64,000 nucleotides of DNA from assembly GCA_040954595.2 (NCBI GenBank), contig CM082577.2:11255654-11319653 (forward strand), read 5' to 3'. The notes under the pieces are model-generated. The model made no database searches, was not told where the DNA came from, and was given only the letters and a program-made list of their open reading frames with translations. The position numbers and the translations under genes are program-made. The stretch comes from Balanoglossus misakiensis. Lineage: Eukaryota; Animalia; Hemichordata. Below are positions 25,887 through 36,799 of the stretch, one piece after another (positions within the stretch are counted from its first letter, which is position 1; each line of letters opens with the position of its first letter).

Positions 25887-27343
25887 TAGTCTAGTAAATA
25901 TAGGGCTAGACCCACCACAAATTGCAACAGAATTTTTTTCTTCAGAATATACTTTGGAGAGGTGTCTAGAACAACATATTAAAAATGCACCCGAATCCAC
26001 CTTGTGGAAATATGTCTAATTTGCATAAATTTAATATTAGAGATTTTGGGGCCAAATATCCATAAATAAACGCATTTTTCCATGATTTTAAAGTTTAAAA
26101 ACTATTTCATGTTCATGACAAAACATTTTGGATTAATATTTGACATGGGAAGTTTTCATAATTTGCATAAATTCAATATGGCAGACAGTATTCCTAAAAA
26201 AACATATTTGGGCTATATATTGGATACTTAGTAAGCTATTTTAGTGTTTTAATTCAAAATTACCTCTATGACATTTGAAACAATGTTAAAAATATCTTGT
26301 TTACATTTACACTTTATATTTTGCATAAATCCAATATTGCCGCCAAATGAATATTCGACAGCTTATCATACTCCGGCATATATAATAAGGTTCTGGCATA
26401 GAAAATATGTTGTAGCATTAGGATTATATACAAAAGAGAATGAAAAATGCTTCCAGATTCAAGCATATACTGTAAAGTAGGTCCAAGTTACAGCTAATGG
26501 AGTAAAAAAATAGTAAGGTAACATCTCAGTTTATTTAACCAATTCGCCAGAATACATTTCAGCTGATTTTTAAGACTTAGATATATGATTTAAAAATTAT
26601 TTTCGGGGATAAAGTACGACTTACAAGTTAAATAATAATCTACAATCGTCATTTAATTGACATTTTAATACTATAGGAAGTATATCGTTAGACTGATTAC
26701 TATACAGGTTTAAAGAAGTCACGTGATTATAATTATCTGTTGCATTGCTGTTATATTTTCGTTTTACATATTAATGAAAGAGAGTTTTATATTTGCTTCA
26801 TTACTCATTTCTAGTGCTACAACATATATTCTATGCTAGAACCTTATTATATATGTTGGAGTATGATAAACTGTCAAACATTCATTTGGCGGCCATATTG
26901 GATTTATGCAAAATATACAGTGCAAATGTAAACAATTTTTTTCAAAATTGTTCCAAATGTCATAGAGGTAGTTTTGAATTAACAAAAACACTAGAATTGC
27001 TTGCGTATTACCCGATATACTGCCCAAATATGTTTTGTTAGGAATACTGTTCACCATATTGAATTTATGCAAATTACGAAAACTGCCCATGTCAAATATT
27101 ATTCCAAAATGGTTCTTCATGCACATGGAAAAATCATGGAAAAATCATGTTTATTTCTTGATATTTGGCCCAAAAATTTTCAATATTAAATTTATGCAAA
27201 TTAGACATATTTCCACAAGGTGGATTCGGGTGCATTTTTGCTATATTGTTCTAGACACCTCTCCGAAATATATTCTGAAAAAAAAAATTATGTTGCTATT
27301 TGTGGTGGGTTAGGTGCCCAAATCTCGTAGATTTACTAGACTA
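25887..27343. mobile_element. Foldback-type element with ~530-bp imperfect TIRs
   Basis: TAGTCTAGTAAAT / ATTTACTAGACTA; arms at about 25887-26420 and 26812-27343; no clean TSD; flanked by G- and C-runs of a possible host element. Confidence 0.8.
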
Positions 27344-27549
27344 ACAGGCAACAAAATATGATGACCCCCCCCCCCCCCCGAAAACATGACACTTCTACTT
27401 GTGGAGGAAAGCGCCAGCGGTGGGATTGGGGCAGGGGACCAAACAAAACAACCATTGGGCGCAACTGAACAGAACTTCTGGATTTTGGCGCCATATAAAT
27501 TTGTTAATTGTTATTTTTTGTTAAAGTTGTTGTATGAACGCTTGGCGTA

Positions 27550-27929
27550 TTCTGCTATCCCACAACCCACCGCGTATTCATTATTTGACCTCACAGGAAG
27601 AGCTCCTGATTGGCTGTCGCTTTGAAGGCCTTACGTCATCCATTCCAGTGGGTGCTAACACGTGACCGTGGTGCTAAGTACGTCGCCGAGTTACAATATT
27701 CTTCATTAAAAATGTCGCAGAGAAACTGAAACGGTATCAGAGCATTCAAGCTCGCCTGGTACTTACTTATAAGAATACGCCGCCATAGCTAAGTTTACGC
27801 GTGGTCGTCCAATGAGAAACGTCGGTTTGGGGTCATAACCTTTAACCCTGCTAACACATGTGCCATATTCGAAGTGGTTTTTTCTCTGGTTGACAGGCTC
27901 TGAAAATACGTCGTTTTTCTGACTTAACG
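27550..27929 (+). promoter_or_regulatory. Putative promoter and non-coding first exon of ZNF-A
   Basis: Conserved with 38890-39266. ATTGG 27609, TTACGTCA (CRE-like) 27631, CACGTG 27659, CCAAT 27809, donor GTAAGA 27930; second conserved donor GTGAGT at about 29400. Confidence 0.55.
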
Positions 27930-28061
27930 GTAAGATTTTTATAATTGGTGTTTGTACCCATGAAGTTTAATTTTTAGAGTATCGATCGACCCTATTTATT
28001 GAGCTGCGACCGCGTTTTTGAGGGCGACATTGTCAGTTGAAAATCCTGACCGACCGTCCAT

Positions 28062-29315
28062 GGATCTGGTTCTCTCAGTGGACACGACTATACCTCTTGG
28101 GCGAGACCATTATTTTTTAGGGCCGAGGGGTGGCAATGAGGGTGAGTTTGTATGGGTCATTTAGGGTTAGGGTTAGGAGGGTTAGGGTGAGTTTGTATGG
28201 GTCATTGGCGAGGGTGTGAAATGACTGATAATGCAATAAAGTGTGTTTTTGTTGTGCGTGGTTTATTTATCGGTGGTTCTAAAAAGGTCCTGAAAAGGAC
28301 CTTTTGTTTTGTATCGGTACATTTATCTCTTTTCTAAGGGCAAGGGATACTGCTCGGCAATACCCCTCAAAATATTGCGCACCGCGTCTTCCTTTGCTCG
28401 CCCGTACCGCTCCCACCACATAAACTCATCTAAATAACCTGGCAGCATTTCCTTGGACACACCATTCATCCTCTTCAGCTTAGCCTTGGCCTTGTTCCAG
28501 TAACTCTCGACGGCTTGCGTGTGAACACCGGTTACAGGGTCGACGAAGTGGCGGTTGTGATTCACCGAAGCATACGTGAACCGATCATCGTTTGATAATT
28601 ATTGATACGCGGCCGAATTATCCGAATGAATAATAGAGCCGGGCACAACAACATCTTCGATGATTGGCAGTAGTGTCACTGAATCACGCCTTTCCACCAG
28701 CCGCATAAAGCCAATCGCGGGTTGATAGAACCGGTCAACCATTCCAAATACCCATCTGTCTTCCGTCGGGGGTCGTCCACGATGATGTTTGCACTTATTG
28801 CAGTAATCAATAAGCACCCTCTTCGAAACTCCTGTCGTTACAACCATCATACTCAGTGGTTGGTCTATAGCCCAAAATAAAATAATTTTTAAAAGCACGT
28901 CCATACGTAAACGAGACTTGGAAAAGAATGACCCGTGTCTCACCGAAACTCTGGTCCTGTATTTTTCGCAACCCTTGTTTAAGCAACGCCAGGAAAAACC
29001 GTCAGAGCGTTTTTTTTATCGGCGTCCAAATCATGGGCCGCATACAAAAAGGACAATCTTGAGAAGTAGCCAAAAGCCCATGTTCTTTAAGAAACGAAAT
29101 GCTCTGAACAAAACTGTGGGTCGCTCTTTCGGCTTTCCAATAAAACGCCATTGTTTGGAGTGACCGTCACTGTTCAAACTGACGTCACTTCCTGCTATTT
29201 TTAGATGTGGCCCTAAAAAATAATGGTCTCGCCCAGCGGGTATAGTCGTGTCCACTAAGAGAACCAGATCCATGGACGGTCGGTCAGGATTGTGTCCACT
29301 AAGTGAACCATATCC
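28062..29315 (-). mobile_element. Merlin (IS1595/ISXO2-like) DNA transposon, defective
   Basis: TIR GGATCTGGTTCTCTCAGTGGACAC; 8-bp TSD CCGTCCAT (28054-28061, 29316-29323); empty site at about 39391; internal TTAGGG-like repeats. Confidence 0.92.
28323..29151 (-). pseudogene. Merlin transposase pseudogene
   Basis: FLKEHGLLA..CPFC..DGFSWRC..C..SVRHGSFF; WVFGMVDR..TLLPII..PGSIIHSD; NH..FVDPVTGVHTQAVESYW..YLDEFMW. Frameshifts present and the first catalytic (IDE) segment is deleted. Confidence 0.9.
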
Positions 29316-29553
29316 CCGTCCATTGCTTCCGTAGTTTTTTCACCTTTACATGTATTTCTTATTTACATGTTGAATAAGGCAGTGTGATTCCTGCGCCTGG
29401 TGAGTTGGTGGTTGGATCGTGTATTGTCTCTGAAGTAGGATCGTGGCCGCGTTCTTTGTTGGGGATAACTGGCAATAAGGATATTCGAGGTTAGTGGCCG
29501 TGTCAAACCATGGAGCTACGACAGCTCCACAGTGATAGCTCCATGGTCAAACG

Positions 29554-30158
29554 TTGCTGCAGTTTTGCAGCCCCTCCGTCTCCCCTGGACGATTTTTGTT
29601 TTTACGGGGAGAGGGCGGGGCTGCAGGTCCGAGCTATTCTAAACCGCACAACAGCAATCAAGAATTCGGTCGGAGCGAATTTCTACACTCCAGTCCACAA
29701 TTTTCTCGCCAACTCAGTCCTGGAACCCATTCCACACTTGCCTGGCAAAGGATGTCACGGTATTTGTCAATTTTGTCTATGTTTTCCCAGTTCTTCAACC
29801 AAAATCGGCAATGGGTTTCAAAACAGCCGCCATCTTGACTTGTACACTTGACCCATGAAATATACAAGTCAAGATGGCGGTCGTTTTGAAAGCCATTGTG
29901 GATTTTTTTTGAATAACTGGGAAAACATAGGCGAAATCGACAAATACCGCGACATCCTTTGCCAGGCAAATGTGCATGGGTTCCGGGACCAAGTTGGCGA
30001 GAAAATTGTGGACTGGAGTGTAGAAATTCGCTCCGACCGATTTCTCGATTGCTGTTGTTCGGTTTAGAATAGCTCGGACCTGCAGCCCCGCCGGCGCCCT
30101 CTCCCCGTAAAAACAAAAATCGACCAGGGGAGACGGAGGGGCTGCAAAACTGCAGCAA
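29554..30158. mobile_element. Fully palindromic 605-bp MITE with 9-bp TSD
   Basis: TTGCTGCAGTTTTGCAGCCCCTCC / GGAGGGGCTGCAAAACTGCAGCAA; GGTCAAACG on both sides; empty site at about 39616-39624. Confidence 0.93.
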
Positions 30159-30553
30159 GGTCAAACGTAGCTGCATTAGTGTAGTGGGTGCTGCTAGGTT
30201 GAATGGTTGTTGCAGTTATGCAACAACCAGTCCACCCTGCAGCACCCTCTACAATCATTGCAGCTATGTCAACCCACTTGTTTAATACCTTTTTAGTTAC
30301 GTTACAGTCACTTGCCAGCCAAGAAAGGTCTGCTACAGGAAATATTTAATTACCTTGCTAGTTTTTATGTTCGTTTTATTGTACAATACACACAATTTGA
30401 GCAGATAACAAGATAGTTCAAAACAGACGATACACAAATTGTAGGTGTTGTATCAAAATCAGCTATGGATTCCACAGTGGTTGTAATGGCACATCCCCTG
30501 CCTTTGACTTCCTCGTGGTTGTTTACTTGAGACTCCCAACTGGGCGGGTTTAA

Positions 30554-31883
30554 GATGGGTCACCTGTATCTTTTTGCCCGTTGCTATGGGTCATTTTGGG
30601 ACATTACACCCCGATTTGGACTAAACTGTTTTCAGAGTCTAACAAGGGGTTGGTAACTAGTTGAAAATCTGCACGATTATGAGTGTGCGCCCCCTGACGC
30701 CATTGATATGCAAATTAGCTAGGTCAAATTTCAAAAGCCTAAGGCTTTTTATTCCGTGACCTCAAAAACGAACTTGATACGTATTCATTAGTTGCTCGAA
30801 CCAGAGAAGATCGTGAAGGATTTTGTTTTCGAATATGATCGTTGTATCCTACGATTTCAGCATACCCGTACCACACCTGAAAAAGTCACCGATTTTGGAT
30901 TTTTTTGGGGGGGGGGGCGTTTGCCAGGACGCCACCTCGACTTTTATGCAAATGAGGGGCCTAGGGACACGAGGAAGGGGTGAATAATGATGCAAATAAC
31001 ATGGCAAAACATTTTACACTCAAAAGATGTACTTTATTAAATAATAAAAAGTTTTTTTCCCATAAATCAAATACAGAAAACATATTACAGTCGCCGTCGT
31101 TTAATCGGGACACCATGGGCGCAGACAAAACATCCCGTTTAACCGGGACATTGGTAAATTGTCGATCCCACCCATGCCATGTTCACCTTACATGCTATTG
31201 TTTACTTAGACGTCGACGGACGCACGTAAATACATCTATCTTTATGTGTAGTTTTCTGAACAAAATGATGCATCAGCATCGTGGAAATCATGCCCTTCTC
31301 TATCGGAATTTTTGAGTGGTTCATTCTCCGAGTCCAAGTCGCGATCTTCCAATTTTGGGTGTTTCGCGTCGAGGACAGACTGAAGCAGCTCCACGCAGCC
31401 GCTTTGGAAAGCTCCCCGGTGACCTCATACGCGGCAGCGCGTCCATCTACGCGATCGTTGAATTCGAGGCACGGTCCCGAGGGACCTGTCTGAGGTCATG
31501 TTTTCTAGAGCGGCTATAACTCAGCGTGGTCAGTCGGCCTCCGTGGGTACGATAATCAGCGCGAAATTCAATCATCATACGTTTTTTTTCACATTTAGTG
31601 ACTTTGGGGATGAAAATCCGCCTTTTTTGCATTGCGTTTTATTAAATTTCCAAGAATTTAATGGATATTCGGCCGAGGGAGGGGGGGGGGGCTTTAGACC
31701 GGATATAACCTCAATCTTCAAATGGGCCCTAAAACCATGGGGGGAGTTTGCCCGCGCAAGGGCTCTTACCTGGGCAAGTACGGTAGTTAAATGCCACTTG
31801 TCGGACGTTCATAACGGCTTTGATCAAAATTGAGTGTAGTGTCCTATCCATAGCAACGGGCAAAAAGATACGGGTGACCCATC
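30554..31883. mobile_element. Kolobok-like non-autonomous element (TTAA TSD)
   Basis: GATGGGTCACCTGTATCTTTTTGCCCGTTGCTATGG / CCATAGCAACGGGCAAAAAGATACGGGTGACCCATC; TTAA on both sides; empty site at about 39997. Confidence 0.88.
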
Positions 31884-32377
31884 TTAATTAATTAATTAAT
31901 TAGTTTTACTACCACTTGTCTGGTGATATATTGACTACATCCGGTGTCTTGGACTGTAAGGTATAGTTGTTTTGCTTAAGGGTGCTCCAGGGTGGAGGTA
32001 TGGAGCAACTTAAAACAAACCGGCTGTATATCTTACAGTCTATCGGTGTATCTGCTGTGTGTTTCATCCCAAACACTCTAATAAGTGTAAGTTCTGTTTT
32101 GTCCATGTCTAATCAAAACTGCTGCATTCACACTGAAGTAAGACTTATTCTAGTCACCTCTATGAATTTATTTGTATGAAATCACACCTGACTGTATATC
32201 GTTATTACTTTCATTTTCCTTTAGCAGCTCAGTTGATCTGATTTGCAAACAAGGATACTTATGATCGAAGACGGCACGACGTACTAGTGAAGCATTTGAA
32301 GATATCTATTTCATCGAGGCAATCCTACAAACATATCTGACTAGACAGGCAGATTGACAGGCGCGGAGAGCTCACAA

Positions 32378-33691
32378 ATGGAAATCCATCAACGAAGGCA
32401 CACCAATGAACGGCCATATGAATGCACAGTATGCGGAAAATGTTTCACCAGGAATTCGCACTTAATGCAACACATGAGAGTCCATACCAATGAAAAGCCT
32501 CATGAATGCAAAGTATGTGGTAAATTTTTCTCCCACAGTGGGACTTTAACAAATCACATGAGAGTCCATACCAATGAAAAGCCTCATGAATGCAAAGTAT
32601 GTGGAAAATGTTTCTCCCACAGGGGGAATTTAACAACACACATGAGAGTCCATACCAATGAAAAGCCTCATGAATGCAAAGTATGTGGGAAATGTTTCTC
32701 CCACAGTTGGGCTTTAACAACACACATGAGAGTCCATACCAATGAAAAGCCTCATGAATGCAAAGTATGTGGTAAATGTTTCTCCCACAGTGGGACTTTA
32801 ACAAATCACATGAGAGTCCATACCAATGAAAAGCCTCATGAATGCAAAGTATGTGGTAAATGTTTCTCCCACAGTGGGACTTTAACAAATCACATGAGAG
32901 TCCATACCAATGAAAAGCCTCATGAATGCAAAGTATGTGGAAAATGTTTCTCCCACAGGGGGAATTTAACAACACACATGAGAGTCCATACCAATGAAAA
33001 GCCTCATGAATGCAAAGTATGTGGGAAATGTTTCTCCCACAGTTGGGCTTTAACAACACACATGAGAGTCCATACCAATGAAAAGCCCCATGAATGCAAA
33101 ATCTGTGGTAAATGTTTCTCCCAGAGTGGGAATTTAACAACACACATGAGAGTCCATACCAATGAAACGCCTCATGAATGCAAAGTATGTGGGAAATGTT
33201 TCTCCCACAGTTGGGCTTTAACAACACACATGAGAGTCCATACCAATGAAAAGCCCCATGAATGCAAAATCTGTGGTAAATGTTTCACCCAGAGTGGGAA
33301 TTTAACAACACACATGAGAGTCCATACCAATGAAAAGCCCCATGAATGCAAAATCTGTGGTAAATGTTTCACCCAGAGTGGGAATTTAACAACACACATG
33401 GGAGTCCATACCAATGAAAAGCCCCATGAATGCAAAACATGTGAAAAACCTTATGAATGCCAAATATGTGGTAAATGTTTCTCCACAAATTGGAACTTAT
33501 CAGTACACAAGTCATATGAATGCAAAATCTGTGGTAAATGTTACTCTTGTCGTTCAACTTTAAAAGTCCATCAGCGATTTCATACCAATGGAAAGCCTTA
33601 TGAATGCCAAATATGTGGTAAATGTTTCTCCCAGTCTGGGAACTTAAAAAGGCATATGGCCATCCACACCAAATCACTTGACAGTACATAG
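32378..33691 (+). CDS. Tandem C2H2 zinc-finger protein A (~15 fingers, one degenerate), no effector domain seen
   Basis: Single-exon ORF of 84-bp units CxxCGKCFxxxxxLxxHMRVHTNEKP; first ATG at 32378 follows an in-frame TAG at 32342. Confidence 0.92.
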   Translation: MEIHQRRHTNERPYECTVCGKCFTRNSHLMQHMRVHTNEKPHECKVCGKFFSHSGTLTNHMRVHTNEKPHECKVCGKCFSHRGNLTTHMRVHTNEKPHECKVCGKCFSHSWALTTHMRVHTNEKPHECKVCGKCFSHSGTLTNHMRVHTNEKPHECKVCGKCFSHSGTLTNHMRVHTNEKPHECKVCGKCFSHRGNLTTHMRVHTNEKPHECKVCGKCFSHSWALTTHMRVHTNEKPHECKICGKCFSQSGNLTTHMRVHTNETPHECKVCGKCFSHSWALTTHMRVHTNEKPHECKICGKCFTQSGNLTTHMRVHTNEKPHECKICGKCFTQSGNLTTHMGVHTNEKPHECKTCEKPYECQICGKCFSTNWNLSVHKSYECKICGKCYSCRSTLKVHQRFHTNGKPYECQICGKCFSQSGNLKRHMAIHTKSLDST

Positions 33692-33842
33692 CTCTTGGCG
33701 ATTATTTATATCTGGGTAGTCAGCCAGTATGCTGGACCCAGGTGTGGAAATCTAGTATACCAGTAAAATCGTGTAAAAATGAAAAATAACACAGATGTCA
33801 TCTTCTTGATTGTATTTTCTCAATTTTAAAGTATGTCATTGT

Positions 33843-36510
33843 TTTTAGGTCCCATTGGTATATACCATGAGACCTTATGGGATCGGTTGCATCTGTATGT
33901 ACGGATGGATGTATGTCTGTATGTCCGTCCACATCAAAAAACACCGGTGCGCGTATGACCCCGATATTTGGTGTGTAGATGAAGGCAGGGCTGTAGATGG
34001 GAGTTTGTTCAAATGAAGTTGTCATTGCCAAATATATGCAAATTAGCTGGGAAAATGTGAAATTGGTCAAAACTCAAAAACTCAACAACCACTGGTCATA
34101 TTGATTTGAAAATTGGTATGCATGTACCTTATGTCAACCTCATACAGTCCTGTATGTTTTGAGCTAATATTATTGATTTCCTAGTTTTTATGAATTTTTT
34201 GTATTTTTCCATGTTATTGGTAAAAAGTCTTCATTTCTGAAAGTGATGGGCTTACTTCTTTGAAATTTAGTATGAAGCTTCCTAATGGTTGTCTGAGTAA
34301 CCATAGTTTTGTTCAAATTGTTGCAAAATTTGCATATTTATAGTTTTGAGCAATATTTGCCATTTTTGGTCAAAATTTTTTTTTCTTTAAAACCGCATGC
34401 CAGATTGCTTTGCAATTTGGTAGGCATGTTCGTAGGGGTAACCTAAGTAATATGTTGTAATGAAATGTGATATTTTCATAAATGTTTTATCGGGGAAACT
34501 TTTGCAATTTTTGTCAAAAAAGTTTTTCTCTGAAACTGCTTGTCTTATTGCATTGAACTTGCAGCATGTTCCTTGTAGTGATTGAAGCAAGATATTGTAC
34601 AATTTTGGTGATATTTGCATATTCGTGTTTTTGCCACTTTTGAACAAATATTTTTGGTGAAACTGCTTGTTGGATTGCTTTGAAATTAGTTTTTTCTCTG
34701 ATTGCTTTGAAGTTTAGGATATAATTTTATAACACATACATGTATATGTGCAACTTTTATTTAATTCTGATATCAGAAAAATTCAATATTTAGCGAGTTT
34801 TTTTGTAAGTTTCTTTGTTTTTGGTTAGCAAATCTTCTCCTAAACCAATTGTCCTGTTGTTTTGAATGTTACTGTTTACAAGGAGTTGTTACCCCCAACT
34901 TAGACATGTTTACATAACTTTAATAGGTCAGCTGTTACAGAGACCACCGGCTATTAAATTTTTTATTACCAGTGGCAGGTCAGTGTGTGTCTGTCTGTCT
35001 GTTCCAGGGCTGACTGAAAGAAGTTGCTTCTCATATGTGTTTGTACAGACAATTTTAGGTCATTTTTAGGTCCCATTGGTATAGGCCTATATACCATGGG
35101 ACCTTATGGGATGGGTTGCGTCTGTATGGATGTATGTATGTATGTCTGTATGTCCGTCCACATCAAAAACTTGAAAACCGCTGCGCGTATCACCTTGATA
35201 TTTGGTGTGCAGATGCAGGCAGGGCTGTAGATGGGAGTTTGTCCAAACGAAGTTGCCAGGCTCAAAAATATGCAAATTAGCCAGTAAAATGTGAAACTTA
35301 TCAAAACTCTGAAAGTCAACAACTACTGATCAGATTGCTTTAAAAATTGGTATGCATGTACCTTATGTCAACCTCACATCGACCTGTAAGTGTTAAGTTA
35401 ATATCATGGATGTTTTATTTTTTATGAATTTTTTAGTCTTTTTATTAAATTTATACCTTTACTTATACCTCTATGGTTAAGCTATGTCCACGTCTTATTG
35501 TGGAATTCTGGTCTGTGCAATAGTCCTGTACAGTGACTGTCTATTGGTCAGTGAGCACAATGGGGCCAAAATAAAAGGCAAATTTTTGGGCTCACCTGTA
35601 ACACCTGCTTAACACATTAATTATGTGCATACATAATTCCGGGCTAACTAATAGGGCTATAGGTTTGGTTTTTATTGAACATGGACCAGTATAGGGTCAA
35701 AATTTCTTGCCCAAATTTTGCATGACCTCAGGTGACCTTTGACCTACTTTTCCATACCTTGGCATCCAGAGCAGGTACAGACTTGGCGTTTGGAGGGTTG
35801 GCACTAAAATTGAAAAGCCAAAATTGGGGGTCACCTGTGACACCTGCATATCTCATTAATTATGTGCATACCTAATTCCAGGCTAACCAATAAGGCTATA
35901 GGTTTGGTTTTTATTGAACATGGACCAGTATAAGGTCAAAATTTCTTGCCCAAATTTTGCATGACCTCAGGTGACCTTTGACCTACTTTATCATATCTTG
36001 GCATCCAGAGCAGGTACAGACTTCGCGTTTGGAGGGTTGGGACTAAAATTGAAAAGCCAAAATTGGGGGTCACCTGTGACACCTGCATATCTCATTAATT
36101 ATGTGCATACCTAATTCCAGGCTAACCAATAGGTTTGGTTTTTGTTGAACATGGACCAGTATAGGGTCAAAATTTTATGCCCAAATTTTGCATGACCTCA
36201 GGTGACCTTTGACCTACTTTTCCATATCTTGGCATCCAGAGCAGATATGCTTATTGCTATGTTGCTATGTGCTATGTCCTCAAATGGGACCACAGTGTCC
36301 TTGACGCTTTTTTTTTCTAGCACCACTTGTAAGACTGCCATGACACATGACAGTTTATTTGGCATGTTCCTTGTTATTTTTTTTACATTCTTTATTTCTA
36401 TATCGTAAGAACTTATCCGCTTGCAATGTCACCTGTAATTTTTATTCTGGTGTCTCACTGTTTCAGCATAATCCTCAAATGGGACCACAGTGTCCTTGAC
36501 GCTATTTTTT
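33843..36510 (-). mobile_element. Helentron/HINE-like element with a related element nested at 35062-36317
   Basis: 33843-35060 plus 36318-36510 equal the reverse complement of 9942-11291; the insert has the same taggtcccattgg and gggaccacagtgtccttgacgc ends and sits at a T-run. Confidence 0.7.
35570..36245 (+). repeat. ~240-bp tandem repeat, about 2.8 units, inside the nested element
   Basis: cacctgtgacacctgc..cccaaattttgcatgacctcaggtgacctttgacctac recurring at about 35590, 35830 and 36070. Confidence 0.9.
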
Positions 36511-36793
36511 AGTGTATTGTAACTGTTAATACTTTATATAAGTACATGTATTATATTTTTGGCCAGTGTATTGAACGTGTTATGTTTGTTGTTTGTCTTT
36601 TCACATCTAAGTAGTCTTTTATCAATGTTTCATTTGTATTTTACAATTTATCGAAACATTGTTTCATGCATTCTAAACCCAAAAATATATCTGTGATTGT
36701 GAGCTAGATTAGTCCTGTTTAAATATTTTCATTAACACATCGCCTGTTGTATTTCTCTATCTGATGTTATTGTTATTGTTTTCATTTTGATGA

Positions 36794-36799
36794 AATAAA
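36794..36799 (+). terminator. Candidate poly(A) signal of ZNF-A (paralogous AATAAA at 43782-43787 for ZNF-B)
   Basis: AATAAA kept in both paralogous 3' regions (36510-37100 versus 43490-44060). Confidence 0.4.

Noticed and set aside
28161-28188. True telomere or chromosome-fusion site
   Set aside because: Only a few TTAGGG units, internal to a Merlin element.
28323-28943. Bacterial IS1595 contamination or horizontal transfer
   Set aside because: Merlin is the established eukaryotic relative; the element has a TSD in host sequence and a paralogous empty site.
32445-33689. Antisense repetitive ORFs over the ZNF genes
   Set aside because: Shadow frames of the 84-bp finger repeat.
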